From Octopus vulgaris (lineage: Eukaryota): a DNA stretch of 64,000 bases. This document shows, piece by piece, positions 1-16,656 of the stretch; within the stretch, counting starts at the first letter, position 1, and every line of letters begins with the position of its first letter. The DNA lies in NCBI GenBank assembly GCA_951406725.2, contig OX597814.1, positions 29,078,001 through 29,142,000 on the forward strand, given 5' to 3'. A program made the translations under genes and the position numbers. Under the pieces are notes generated by a model that saw nothing but the letters and a program-made list of their open reading frames with translations, was not told the origin of the DNA and did not search any database.

Positions 1-472
1 GGGAAAGGAGAAACACCGGCATCCCAGGCTAGAGAAGGTCTTCACCTACGTAAGGCGTTGTTATTTGTTTGGTGGGATATGAAAGGTTTAGACCACTTTG
101 AACTTTTAAACGCAAACCAAACGATAACAAAGGAAATCTACTGCGAGCAGCTTGAGTGGCTTAAGTCAGCGCTAGATGGAAAACGACCATCTTTAGTTTC
201 AAAACGAAGTGTTTTGTTCCATCGGGATAATACAGGGCGAGGATGACAGTTTGAATCAGAAACGATGCCCCACGTACCATATTCGCCGAGGAATATTTTT
301 CGTCACGGAAAAGTAAATTTTGAAACGGAAGCCTTGCAAGTCTGCAGATGGCTGGAAAAGTATTATAGAAAATGAAGGATAGTATATTTTAGATTAAAAA
401 AGAACTTTGTTTATCTTAATTTTGAAAAATAACACAAGTATAAAAAATCGCATTATTTATGGGATGACCTAT
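1..472 (+). mobile_element. Decayed mariner DNA transposon, 3' part (runs off window start)
   Basis: ORF 58-246 reads LFVWWDMKG..FELL..NQTITKEIYCEQL..L..KRP..VLFHRDN, typical of mariner catalytic domains. PHVPYSP follows near 268-290, then a TIR-like end (cgcattatttatgggatgacct) before (TA)n. Confidence 0.85.
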
Positions 473-473
473 G

Positions 474-750
<277 letters not shown>

Positions 751-1143
751 AAATATTATTGTTCTTTCTTACGAAATATACAGAACTGCTAAAAGAGTGC
801 CCGAACCCGAGACCAAAGATAAGAGTTAAGATATAAACTCAAATTAGGCAATCATACTCATACATTTATAAATTCAACTTAATATGCGAATACATATATT
901 AATACATATCGACACATATGAGTATTTTTTTTAAATATTCATAAAATATACATATACATAAAAATACATGCAAATAAAACCCATGTGGGCTAAGCGTGGA
1001 AGGAATAGTGTGAAAAAGAGGACTGATAAAAAGAGGAATGAATTTTTTTTTTGTACTGAAGTTAAGTGCTGTTAAGAGTTTCGATTAAAAGATCCATAGA
1101 GTTCAGTGTGTGTGTGTATTTTTAAAAAAATATAAATGGTATA

Positions 1144-1540
1144 TCTTTATATATAAAAGTGAAGTTGTGTGTCTGTCTCCTACGATTTAGATTCCTAACT
1201 ACTCCCACATTTTGCGGTGCAGTTTAACCAAAACCGGGTATCTTATAGTCGTGATTCATATCGAGCCCTTCTGGGTGTTAGCGCGCGTCTACGATGAGTC
1301 TACGATTTAAAAAAAGAATTACCATAATTTTTTTCCATTTTAATGCATTTTTTCGCTATTATATAAGGGAAGTAACTCTCTAAAAATGTCTACGATGAGT
1401 CAACGATTTAAAAAAAATTTACCATCATTTTTTTTCCATTTTTAATGCATTTTTTTGCTATTTTTGGGCTATAACTCTCTAAAAATGCTTATATAGTTAT
1501 TTTCCTTACAAACCCGAGCAACGCCGGGCGATACTGCTAG
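1144..1540 (+). mobile_element. Non-autonomous Helitron, family H1
   Basis: 5' TC, 3' CTAG, subterminal hairpin cccgagcaacgccggg, inserted between A and T with no TSD. Four more copies in the window. Confidence 0.9.
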
Positions 1541-1571
1541 TAAGGTATATAATACATTTCGATGAGGTTCA

Positions 1572-1663
1572 CTTTCAACGACCATTTCTGGAGTTCATGT
1601 CTTGGTAAAAAAAAGTAATAAATCTTACAAACTATGTGGATAATGTCCCCTTCATCAGGCAAG
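1572..1663 (-). ncRNA. Degenerate type-I hammerhead ribozyme motif
   Basis: Minus strand: cttgc CTGATGA a gggg...ctcc a GAAA tggtcGTT gaaag. Long stem-II insert; one mismatch in stem I. Confidence 0.5.
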
Positions 1664-2069
1664 GTATCCTCATAAAATTACATTCTTGATACTTTTGATT
1701 CTTACAGAATGATGGATACATATATATGAGGAATTTTTTTCTCCTTATGCAATATTCTTTGGTTTTGTTATTTTTGCCAGCTGTTGCAGCTGACATTTTG
1801 TTGGTGTATACATAATTAGTTCTTGGTTTCGTTAGTATAACTAATGGTGGCGATTCAATGATAACAAGGACGATGATAATAACGATGTCGATGATGGAAA
1901 CAACGACGATAACGACAAAATATTTTGGCAAATTAAATTTAAATGTTGAAGTGAATCTTACGGTTTTTGTGTGTTTTTTAAATGGCTTATAAACACCTTC
2001 CACGCTGCAATTGTTTTCGTTCCAGCACACGATCCTAGATCAGGTCACTTGCTATGCAAGTACATCTCC

Positions 2070-2070
<1 letters not shown>

Positions 2071-2141
<71 letters not shown>

Positions 2142-2187
2142 ATGTATGTATGAATATGAATATGAATATGTATATGTATATATACAT

Positions 2188-2220
<33 letters not shown>

Positions 2221-2221
2221 C

Positions 2222-2252
<31 letters not shown>

Positions 2253-2368
2253 GAGTTCATTGAGTGTGTGTATATCGTTCTCACCTCCCCTGAATTTCTT
2301 ATTTTTATTTTAAACTATTTCGCATTTGAATACCTAGTCTCCTTTTCACACATACACACACACACACA

Positions 2369-2410
<42 letters not shown>

Positions 2411-2484
2411 GAATCTAGTCTCAATCAATCTTCATTTCTGTCCCAATCCCTTTCTCTCTTAATTACATTGGCGTATATATAGAG

Positions 2485-2550
<66 letters not shown>
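2071..2550. repeat. (TA)n, (CA)n, (CT)n microsatellite cluster
   Basis: Seen directly. Confidence 0.95.
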
Positions 2551-2553
<3 letters not shown>

Positions 2554-3300
2554 TACACACACAAATTCAGACTCATTTCTTCCCTATTTACCTGAAGACA
2601 TTTGATCGCCATTTTACCTGACTCATTCACGCACACGTTGCAATCTCAGCTCTTTCCTCTCCCTTCCTCTTTCCGTCCCCCTCTCTCTCTGTTCTTCTCC
2701 CACTCTCATTTCATAGCATCTCCGTATCTCTTCCACTCTCTCTTCCCTCCCCCTCTCTTTCTGATATTCTCCCTCTTTCTCTCTTTCCTGCAATACTCAG
2801 TTTGTCTTATCAATAGTATATTTGTATTTTCAATTTCTTTTTAGTCTTATTTTTTTTTTCACTTGAATTTCTTTTTCTTTATGTTCAAAGACACGTCTGT
2901 TTCTTTCTATCAACTTTCTATCTATCTATCTATTTGCAAAGCAGCTACCTTTATATGTGTGTGCATGTACATGTGTGTATTTGTGTGTGCGTGTGTGCAC
3001 GTCCGCTTGTTTGTGTGTGCATGTGTGGAATAAATATAATATTAGGAAACCTAGCTTTGAAAAAAATTACAAAAATGTAAACACATTCTTTCTATACTCT
3101 CTATGTGGAGACCGTTTTGCTATTTGTTGCAATTTGTTGACACTCCTCAGAGGAAACTTAACCGATTTCCTTCCCTAATCAACTGCAAAGAATATTTAGC
3201 ACCTATATAAAGTAAAGAGTTAAACTGTTACTCTAATGACTATCTTAATTTTTATATTTGTGCCCTTTAGGCGGTTACTCATTAATTAGATTATAGAGTA

Positions 3301-3769
3301 GCTTTATAGGCGCAGGAGTGGCTTTATAGGCGCAGGAGTGGCTTTATAGGCGTAGGAGTGGCTTTATAGGCGCAGGAGTGGTTTTATAGGTGCAGGAGTG
3401 GCTGTGTGGTAAGTAGCTTGCTTACCAACCACATGGTTCCGGGTTCACTGCGTGGCACCTTGGGCAAGTGTCTTTTACTATAGCCTCGGGCAGACCAAAG
3501 CCTTGTGAGTAGATTTGGTAGATGGAAACTGAAAGAAGCCCGTCGTATATATATATATATATGTGTGTGTTTGTGTTTCTGCGTTTGTCCCCCCAACATC
3601 GCTTGACAAAATATGCTGGTATGCTTACGTCCCCGAAACTTAGCGGTTCGGCAAAAGAGACCGATAGAATAAGTACTAGGCTTACAAAGAATAAGTCCTA
3701 GGGTCGATTTGCTCCATCATGGCCGCAGTCAAATGACTGAAACAAGTAAAAGTGTAAAAGAGTAAAAGA
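3301..3769 (+). mobile_element. tRNA-derived SINE family A with a 5x tandem amplification of a 20-bp flank+head unit (3301-3402)
   Basis: Head ggcgcaggagtggctgtgtggtaag...gggttca, CORE-like ccttgggcaagt, internal (TA)/(TG), tail catggccgcagtcaaatgactgaaacaagtaaaag. Confidence 0.9.
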
Positions 3770-4139
3770 CAATGAGAAAGTACATTTTAATATTAGAAAG
3801 CTTAGCTGCAACAGGAAATTATAAGAATGTGAAGAAATCCCCTTTATGTTTTCGATGGGCGAAGAAAATAGAGGAGCGAGTCTCCTGGTGAACCATTTCA
3901 AATATTGTTAACCGCTCCTCAGAGAAGGTGTACTTCACAAATGTGTTCACACCCTTTCGTGTGTGTGTGTGTGTATGTGCGTGTGCATGTGTGGTTGTGT
4001 GTATGTGCGTGTGTATGTGTGGGTATGTGTATGTGTGTGTTTAGTTGTTTCTCTAATGTTCTCTCTTCGTGTGTGTATCTTTATACATATCTACTTGTAT
4101 CATGCAATATTTGAATCTCATTGTATATCTCAGTGATTG

Positions 4140-6540
<2,401 letters not shown>

Positions 6541-6700
6541 ACTATACAACTCTCACCTCAAACAGAAAGACGTTGATACTCTTTCAGTTCTCTTTGTATT
6601 CCTTCACAAGAAACATTGTTATTGTTGTTTGTTTTTGTTTAAATACTTTCTTTATAATTTATTATTTTACATTTTCCTTTCCTCTCTTCTGCACGTTGTC

Positions 6701-6853
6701 CTTCTTCTTCTTCTTCTTCTTCTTCTTCTTCTTCTTCTTCTTCTTCTTCTTCTTCTTCTTCTTCTTCTTCTTCCACCATCACCAATACCACAACCACAAT
6801 CATTATCATCATTGACATCAGCTTCATCAATATCATCATAATCGTCGTCGTCG

Positions 6854-6900
<47 letters not shown>

Positions 6901-7107
6901 GTTATTATCATCATCATTATTTTTGTCATCATCATCATCATCATCGTCATCATCATTATTATCATCATCACCATCACCATCATCATCATCACCATCATCA
7001 TCGTCATCATCATCGTCATTATCATCATCATCATTTTTGTCAACATCATTATCATCATCATCAGCGTCATCATCATTATCACCATCACCATCACCATCAC
7101 CATCACT

Positions 7108-7142
<35 letters not shown>

Positions 7143-7612
7143 GTTTACTATTATTATTGCTATTTTTCTTCTTCTTCTTATTATTATTACTGTTATTATT
7201 GTTATTGATGTTGCTGTCGTTGTTGTTGTTGTTATTATTGCCCTTGGTGATATTTGTTTGTTCTTCCCTTCACCATCACCTGTTTTTTTTTTTTTTAACT
7301 TCCATCCCCACTTTCAATTATTTCTGCAATATCTGTTTTTTATTAGTCAGTATTTTTATTGTTGTTATTATTGTTTTCGTGCTCGTTCTTGTTGTTATTA
7401 CTTATTTATTTTTCATTATTATTGATGTTGTTGTTTTATGATGATCATCATTAATATTATTATCATCATCATCATTTTTGTTATTATTATTATTATCATC
7501 ATCATTATTATTACTATTATTATCATTGTTATTATTATTATTATTATCATCATCATCATCATTATTATTATTATTATTATCATTGTTATTATCATTGTTA
7601 TTATTATTATTA

Positions 7613-7655
<43 letters not shown>

Positions 7656-7686
7656 GTTTACCATAATGATCATCATCATTATCGTT

Positions 7687-7718
<32 letters not shown>

Positions 7719-7894
7719 TATTATTATCATTATGTTTATCGTCATTATTCTTATTATTATTGTCGTTCTTATTACTGTTGATATTGTTATTATGTTATGT
7801 TTATCGACACCATTATCATCATAATCATCATACTCATCATCCTCACCATCATCATAATCATTGTTCTTATTCTTTTTCATATTATTATTATTCA

Positions 7895-7934
<40 letters not shown>

Positions 7935-7935
7935 T
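6701..7935. repeat. Trinucleotide SSR block: (CTT)n, (ATC)n, (ATT)n, (GTT)n
   Basis: Seen directly; explains the poly-M/I/L/S ORFs. Confidence 0.97.
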
Positions 7936-8083
7936 TAATCATTATTATTCATTTCATTGGCCCTCTAATTATGCACACTACATAACACGAACAACCCTCC
8001 TCATACGCTTACACCCTTCACACGTGCTGGAACACTACCACACTTACACGCACATACACATATACACGCACACACACACACAT

Positions 8084-8135
<52 letters not shown>

Positions 8136-8227
8136 GCGCAGACATATTACACGCGCATGCCCACACATATATTGCGCGTATATATATATATATATATATA
8201 GACACGCACTCAAACACAAAAGTGTAT

Positions 8228-8269
<42 letters not shown>

Positions 8270-8831
8270 GCATATATATATATATATATATATATGCAAT
8301 CACGTGCATATTCTAGCATACAGCTGCAGACATACATTAACGGGCATATATATATATATATAAACATACAAACATGCAAGCTCGCTTCCATGCGCACACA
8401 TGCATACATTCGCGCATACGTGTGCACGCATGCATACATATGCACAAACACCAAGCATACACATGCACGCAGGAAAAGAAAAGAAAAAGAAAACAACCAA
8501 ATTGCATACTCACACATACACACATATAAAGATTCTAAAACATTGTTTTGTTCTTAATTTTGCTTTTTCTCTCTCTCTCTAAATTCTTTTACTTCGTTCG
8601 CTATTGTTGTTATTGTTGTTGCTGTTGTTGTTGTTGTTGTTGTTGTTGCTGTTCTTTCTCTTTCTCCATGTCTCTTTAATATTTATTTGTTTATTTACTA
8701 TTTTTTTTTTCAAAACATTTTATCGTTTCAACTTGCATAGCTATCTAAGTTGGCGTCCATTTGATGCCTTTTGTCAATATTCACTGCTCGCTCATTCTCT
8801 ACCCCCATCTCTCTCTTTTCCTCCATCTTAC

Positions 8832-8916
<85 letters not shown>

Positions 8917-9887
8917 AGTATGTGTAAAAATCGAAGTTAATAAATAAAAACATAGCTGCCATGCAAAGAGTAAATGTTTTTCGAGAAAACGAAGTGATGA
9001 TGATGACGACGACGACTATACTAATGGCGGTGGGGGCGGGGTGACGCTGACAATAAGGATGGCGATGATAATGATAATGATGCTAATGATGATGATAGTA
9101 ATGGAGAATATAACGACAACGATGACGATGATGATGATGATGATGATGACGACGATGACAATGATGATGGTGAGGTGGCAGTGTCGGTAGCAATGATGGA
9201 GTGGCGATGGTGGAGTGGCGGTGGTGGGGACGACGGTGGTGACAGCAGTTGAGACGGGGGTGGTGGCTGTGGTGGCTGTGGTGGTGGTGTTGGTGGTAGC
9301 GGCCTGTAACGATGATGCTAATGGTGATGGAAAAGAAAAAAAGTGAAATAAGGAAGAATGAAAAGGGAAGGCTGAGAAAAAGAAAGAGAGAAATAGTGAA
9401 AGAAATGAGAGAAAAAGAGAGACAAAGAAAGAAGAGAGAAAGCGGGAAAGAGAGAAAGCGAAAGAAATTTATAGGACAAAAAGAAGAAATGAAAAAGAAT
9501 GAAGGCAATGAAGAAAAAACTAAGGAAAGCACAAAAATGGGACAGTGAGATGAAGGAATAGAATGATGAATGATAAAGAATAAATAGCGAGAAGTAACGA
9601 GAAAAGTAGGGAATGAGATAAGTGAGAAAAGAGAAAGAAATGGAATGAATGAAAGAAGAAAATAAGTAAATAAAAAAAACCAGAAAATAATGAAGGGAAT
9701 AGGAAAGGAAAGCAAAAGAGTAAGAAATACGCGGAGGTAAAAATAAGAATAAAAAATGGTAAGTAGATTCTAAATATATAAAGTAAAAATGATAAAACGA
9801 AGGAAAGAAAAGAAAGAAAAACTGGATTATTGTAAAATGGAAATGAAATACAAGAAAGAAAGAAGGACAGAAAGACAAAAAGAAAGC

Positions 9888-9931
<44 letters not shown>

Positions 9932-9932
9932 G

Positions 9933-9975
<43 letters not shown>

Positions 9976-9987
9976 AAACGAGAGAAA

Positions 9988-12262
9988 GAAAGACTTTCAA
10001 ATAAGCTAGAATTAAAGAAAGAAGGAACTTCAAAACAGCAAGAATTGAAGGAAGAAGGATTTTCAAAACAGCAGGAAATGAAGAAAGAAGTATTTTCAAA
10101 ACAACAAAGATTTAACAGAGAAGGATATTCAGAACAGTCAGAATTGAAGAAAAAATTAAAAACAGCGGGAATTGAAGAAAGAAGGATTTTAAAAAAAGAA
10201 AGAATTAAACAAAGATTTTCAAAAAAGCAGGAATTAAAGAAAGAAGGATTTTCAAAAGAGGAAGAATTGAAGAAAGAAGGATTCTCAACAAAAAGAATAG
10301 AAGAAAGAAGGATTTTTCAAAACAGCAAGAATTCAAGAAAGAAGGATTTCCAAAACAGCAAGAATTGACGAAAGAAGGATTTTCGAAATAGCAAGAACTG
10401 AAGAAAGAAGGACATTCAAAACAGCAAGAATTAAAGTAAAAAAGATTTTTAAAAAGCAAGAATTAAAGAAAGAAAGATTTTAAGAAAGCAAGAATTGAAG
10501 AAAGAAGGATTTTCAAAACAGCAAGAATTGATGAAAGAAGGAATAATAAAACAGCAAGAAGTGAAGAATCAAGGAAAATAGCAACAATAGAAGAAAGAAG
10601 GATATTCAAATCAGCAAGAATTGAAGAATGACGGATTTTCAGAAAAACAAGTATTTTCAAGAAAGATTTCAAGAAGAAGGTTTTTGAAAACTGTAAGTAT
10701 TGAGGAAACAAGGATTTTAAAACACCAGGAAATCACGAAAGAAGGATTTTCAAAACGTCAAGAAAGACTTTCAAAGTAGCAAGAATTGAAGAATGAAATA
10801 TTTTCAAAACGGCAAGAATTCAAGAAAGAAATATATTCAAAAGAGCAAGAATTGAAGAAACAAGGAGAACAGCAGGAATTAACGAAAGAAGGAGTTTGAA
10901 AACAGCAAGAATTAAAGAATGGAGGATTTTCAGACTCAAGAATTGAAGAAAGACGGATTTTCAAAAAAGCAAGAATAAAAGAAAGAAAAATTTTCAAAAG
11001 AACAAGAATTGAAGAAAGCGGAATTTTCAAAAAAGCAAGATTTGAAAGAAGATGGATTTTCAAAATTAAGAATTGAAGAAAGAAGAATTTTCAAAACAGC
11101 AAGAACTGAAGAAAGAAGGATTTTCAAAACAGCAAGAATTGAAGAAAGAAAGAATTTCAAAACAGCAAGAATTGAAGAAAGAAAGGTTTTCAATCAGCAA
11201 GAACTGAAGAAAGAAGGATTTTTAAAACAGGAAGAATTGAAGAAAGAAGCAATTTCAATACAGGAAGAATTGGAGAAGCAAGGAATTTCAAAAGAGCAAA
11301 GATTCAAGAAAGAAGGATTTTAATAACAGCAAGAATTTAAGGAAGAAATATTCTCAAAACAGCAAGAATTGAAGAAAACAGCAATTGGAGAAAGATTTTC
11401 AAAACAGCAAGAATATGAAGAAAGATGGTTTTCAAAGAAGAAAGAATTGAAAAAGAAGGTTTTTGAAAGTGTAAGAATTGAGGACACAAGGATTTTCAAA
11501 ACACCAGGAATTGGCGAAAGAAGGATTTTCAAAACAGCAAGAATCGAAGAAAGAAAGATTTTCAAAATAGCAAGAATTCATGAAAGAAATATATTCAAAA
11601 GAGCAAGAATTGAACAAAAGAAGGATTTCCAAAACAGAAACAACTGAAGAAAGAAGGAATTTAAAAATAGCAAAAATTGAAGAAACAAAGAAAACAGCAA
11701 GAATTGAAGAAACAAGGATTTTGGAAACAGCAAGAATTGTAGACAGAAGGATTTTTAAAACCACAATAATTGAAGAAAGAATGATTCACAAAACAGCAAG
11801 AATTGAAAAAAGAAGGAAATTGAAAACGGCATGAATTGAAGGAAGAAGGACTCTCAAAATAGCAAGAATTGAAGAAAGAAAGAATTTCAAAAAATCAAGA
11901 ACAGAAGAAAGAAGAATTTTCAAAACAGAAAGAATTGATGAATGAAGGATTTTCAAAACATCAAGAATTGAAGTAAGAAGGATTTTCAAATAAGAAAGTA
12001 TTAAAGAAATAACTATTTTCAAGCCAGAAAGAATTGATGAATCGGGGATTTTCAAAACAGCAAGAATTGAAGAAAGAAGTATTTTCAAATCAGCAAGAAT
12101 TGAAGAAAAATGTTTTTCGAAACAGCATGTATTGAAGAAAGTAGCATTTAAAAAACAGGAATTGAAAAATCAAAGAAAACAGCAAATTTTGAAGAAAGAA
12201 GGATTTTTAAAACAGCAATAACTGAAAAAAGAAGAATTTTCAAAAAAAGCAAGAATTGAAGG
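9988..12262. repeat. 33-bp minisatellite array, consensus AGAATTGAAGAAAGAAGGATTTTCAAAACAGCA, roughly 65-70 units
   Basis: Unit read directly; 11-aa periodicity in the ORF track (RIEERRIFKTA / ELKKEGFSKQQ). Confidence 0.95.
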
Positions 12263-12757
12263 AAATATAAAAGACGGTACATAAGGAAATGGCGATTATA
12301 TTCGAAATAAAATGTACCATGGTAATTCAATTAATTCTGTATTCTGCTGTTTAACCGTCATTGCTTAGAACCCTCAGTGGGGCTTCCGAAACTGGTGGGT
12401 GCTAGTAAGGATATTATCCTAAAACTGAAGAGCTTATCCAATAGCTTGCAATGGAGCAGACTTTGCTATACCAGGATTTTCTGTCAAACATGATGACAGA
12501 GTAAGTCTACCAACCCTATATTCTAAAGCTAGATTGCACCCAGAACGCAATAAACGGAATAATTGTCACAGAAGAGCCAGTCCGACGTTCATATAGTTCT
12601 GCCAAACCACTACTCTTATCGGTAATTTTTTTTACCGATCCTAAAATGATCCTAAAAGACAAACTTGACCTCGCCGAGGTTTGAACAACCTCGTTTATCA
12701 CTGATTCAGTCTTAACTAATCCGAGATCACATGGTACGCTATGGTTTTTATTTTTCA

Positions 12758-13148
12758 CTAGCAGTATCGCCCGGCGTTGCTCGGGTTTGTAAGGGAAATA
12801 ACTATAAAGCATTTTTAGAGAGTTATAGTAAAAAAATAGCAAAAAATGCATCAAAAATGGAAAAAAAATTATGGTAATTTTTTTTTTAATTCGTTGACTC
12901 ATCGTAGACATTTTTAGAGAGTTACTTCCCTTTATTTAAAAAATATGCGTTAAAATGGAAAAAATGATGTTAAATTATTTTTAAAATCGTAGACTCATCG
13001 TAGACGCGCGCTAATACCCAGAAGGGCTCGATATGAATCACGACTATAAGATACCCAGTTTTGGTTAAACTGCATCGCAAAATGTGGGAGTAGTTAGGAA
13101 TCTAAATCGGAGTAGACAGACACACAACTTCACTTTTATATATAAAGA
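12758..13148 (-). mobile_element. Non-autonomous Helitron H1
   Basis: Reverse complement of 1144-1540; CTAG and TC termini; A/T insertion site. Confidence 0.9.
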
Positions 13149-13649
13149 TTTATCACTGATTCCTTTAACAATGTTTTGTTTTTGTTTTGTTTTGTTTTTC
13201 AACCAAACATTAATGATAAACAGGGATAGATGTATAATGTTGTAGCCCTAGATCAGCTTTGATGGAGCATTTCATTGATCAAATGCATTTCAGCAGATTG
13301 ATCTGGTCTTTTTAGAGCTATCTCGGAATTTAAAATCAAAAGTTTCACTTCCATAATATTGCTCACTTCTCCTGTTAATAAGGAATGATTTTAGTGAGAT
13401 TTGGTTTTTATTTAAAATGTAGGCTTCCTCGCTGACTCGTCTCTGTCCATTCTTTGGCAGAAAAGGCGTATATTCAATTGAAATTACCTCAGTTTATAGC
13501 TGGTACAAATTTTACCGATTCCTTGATTTGAACTCAGAATGTAAATAGTCCCAGCTAAATACAGAAAATGCATTGAGTCCGGCATTCTAGCATTTCTGGA
13601 ATTTTAAAGCATGTTTACGAGATATTTGGAAACCTACGTGGGCTCGATG

Positions 13650-13915
13650 TGAAGGTGCGTGGCCTAGTGGTTAAGCAGATGCACTCACGATCACTAGACC
13701 GTGGGTTAGATTCTCAGAGAGGACAGTGTGTTGTGTTCTTGAGAAAAAACATTTCACGTTGCTGCAGTTTCCCTTTCGATCAGAGGGACATGTTGACCTG
13801 CCCGCCTAGCTGGCAGGATGGCGCCATTCGAAGGCTAAAACGAATCAACACACATTGTGACCAACATTGTGTAACAACATGTGATAGTCTGGTCGGTCAC
13901 GTGACCACGTGATCA
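13650..13915 (+). mobile_element. Old diverged SINE, D-like head with C2-type tail
   Basis: gaaggtgcgtggcctagtggtt...tgtgttcttgag; tail gaaggctaaaac...ctggtcggtcacgtga. Confidence 0.7.
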
Positions 13916-14223
13916 TAGGGACTCTTTAGCTCGTATCTTGTCACCAGCGTGCAATGAGTAACAAAAGAATGAACATTACAACATCTAACGCTTTTCTTCT
14001 ACCCAATAACTTGTATCATAAATAGCAAATGAATGTGACTAAAAATTTCTATCATTGGCACAAGCTAGATTTATGTAGCGGGATAGACGAAGGGAATTTA
14101 ATCGTCCCAAAATATATTTAGTATATATTTTATTGACAAGCTTGGAAGACCTTGATGGGATATGAGCTCAGAATATAAAGAATCGTAATTAAATATTACA
14201 AGGTATGTTATTATCTTATTTCA

Positions 14224-14640
14224 AGGCGGCGAGCTGGCAGAAACGTTAGCACGCCGGGCGAAATGCTTAGCGCTATTTCGTCTGCCGCTACGTTCTGAGT
14301 TCAAATTCTGCCGAGGTCGACTTTGCCTTTCATCCTTTCGGGGTCGATTAAATAAGTACCGGTTACGCACTGGGGTCGATATAATTGACTTAATCCGTTT
14401 GTCTGTCCTTGTTTGTCCTCTCTGTGTTTAGACCCTTGTGGGTAGTAAAGAAATAGGTATTTCGTCTGCCGCTACGTTCTGAGTTCAAATTCCGCCCAGG
14501 TCGACTTTGCCTTTCATCCTTTCGGGGTCGATAAATTAAGTACCAGTCGCGCACTGGGGTCGATGTGATCGACTTAATCCGTTTGTCTGTCCTTGTTTGT
14601 CCCCTCTGTGTTTAGCCCTTGTGGGTAGTAAAGAAATAGG
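14224..14640 (+). mobile_element. SINE family B (Meta-like central domain), head-to-tail dimer
   Basis: ggcggcgagctggcagaaacgttagc...gcctttcatcctttcggggtcgat; TSD ggtatgttattatcttatttca flanks the whole dimer. Confidence 0.9.
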
Positions 14641-15007
14641 TATGTTATTATCTTATTTCAGGTACTTCAAAATACGTGGTACAAGTAGATATACTCGTCA
14701 ATCAGAAGTAGAAACACGAGTCATATCGAATACAATTCAGATATTATCACTCAGCCACAGTTTTGCCGAATCCATTGCATGGCTACTGAGCTGAGAGGAA
14801 AAAATAATCCCAGGCGAAATTCCGGCCAGAAAGCATTCTAACCTAAATGTTTGAGGGTAACTCCCTCCCTACCAGGGGTCTCGGAAGCACTGTAAAGGGT
14901 CATGGGTATGCCTTCCCTCTTGACTAAAGAATCCAGAGGAGTGGAATATTGGCAGATCATTTAGTAAGAAACTGTAACGTTTGTGAACATTCATCTCCTA
15001 TCTACTT

Positions 15008-15223
15008 TTTTTTACTCTTTTACTCTTTTATTTGTTTCAGTCATTTGATTGCGGTGATGCTGGGGCACCGCCTTTAGTCGAGTAACTCGACCCCAGGACT
15101 TATTCTTTGTAAGCCTAGTAATTATTCTATCGGTCTCTTTTGCCGAACCACTAAGTTACGGGGACATAAACGCACCAGCATCGGTTGTCAAGCGATGTTG
15201 GTGGGGACAAACACAACACACAA

Positions 15224-15273
<50 letters not shown>

Positions 15274-15425
15274 GACGTGTTTCTTTCTGTTTCCGTCTAC
15301 CAAATCCATTCACAAGGCTTTGGTCGGCCCGAGGCCATAGTAGAAAACACTTGCCCAAGGTGCCACACAGTGGGACTGAACCTGGAACCATGTGGTTGGT
15401 AAGCAAACTACTTACCACACAGCCA
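15008..15425 (-). mobile_element. SINE family A
   Basis: Reverse complement of the family A consensus. Confidence 0.9.
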
Positions 15426-15562
15426 AGTACTGTATGATTGTTTAACACGTATTTATTTTATTAACATCAATAGAGTGATTTTAAAATGTGAGGAATATCA
15501 GATGTTTTAATAACTCTGCTATGGGTGGTGAAGCAAAGTTCTGCACTTCTATAGCCTTCCTT

Positions 15563-15943
15563 AAGCACTCCGTCGGTTACGACGATGAGGGTTCCGGTTG
15601 ATCCGAATCAACGGAACAGCCTGCTCGTGAAATTAACGTGTAAGTGGCTGAGCACTCCACATACACGTGCACCCTTAACGTAGTTCTCGGGGATATTCAG
15701 CGTGACACAGAGAGTGACAAGGCCGGCCCTTTGAAATACAGGTACAACAGAAACAGGAAGTAAGAGTGAGAGAAAGTTGTGGTGAAAGAATACAGCAGGG
15801 ATCACCACCATCCCCTGCCGGAGCCTCGTGGAGCTTTTAGGTGTTTTCGCTCAATAAACACTCACAACGCCCGGTCTGGGAATCGAAACCATGATCCTAT
15901 GACCGCGAGTCCGCTGCCCTAACGACTGGGCCATTGCGCCTCC
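15563..15943 (-). mobile_element. tRNA-derived SINE family C
   Basis: Head ggaggcgcaatggcccagt..tttcgattccc; tail ...cgtaaccgacggagtgctt; TSD cacttctatagc. Confidence 0.92.
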
Positions 15944-16656
15944 ACCACTTCTATAGCACATCATAACAACAATATCGGAGCTTGAACTACAAATATTAGA
16001 AGGGATCTCTTGCAGGATGCAAAACTTTGCATATTTTAGTGGTAAAGATTAGATTCATGATGCAAAAGTCGTGTGGTAGATTTTACCAAACATATAGTGA
16101 AAATAAACAACTACAGCGTGGTAGGCACATATTAGCCATTAATAACTCACCAAGATTGTTAACTTCACTTAAACATTTATTATTTGGTGTCAACATTTTC
16201 GATGTACCTATTACGACCTGGTCACTGACAAATTTCCACTAAATTGAAATGTGTGCCTTTCTCGCAGTAATTGCTTTAGTTCCAGTACACCGTCTCAAAC
16301 CAAATCATTTGCTGGACAAGTACATCCCCGAAATACTGAAAATAAATATTCCAAAATCAATACTAACAATATTTCACCAAGAATTTCATAGCAAATAATA
16401 ATTATAACTTCACTTAAATTTTTAAAAAAATAAACCGTTGCTTATTAAAATATAGAACATGACGCCGTGACATATCTGAAGCAACAAAGCTGTGGATTAC
16501 ACCAAGGTATTCGGGTATCAGAGATAAAGAACGACACTAATAACTTCAACAAATATTTATTATATGTATGAATTAGTATTATGTTTATTATTTTCATCGA
16601 GCTCTCTAGTAAAGTGTAAAATCTCTTACATTTTTTGATACGACTTTATATTTATA

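Noticed and set aside
9988-12262. CRISPR array or repeat-protein gene
   Set aside because: Units are contiguous with no unique spacers, there are no cas genes, the context is eukaryotic, and indels repeatedly break the frames.
12694-13162. 14-bp direct repeat tttatcactgattc around a Helitron, read as a TSD
   Set aside because: The left copy is about 50 bp from the element end and Helitrons make no TSD; more likely a pre-existing local duplication.
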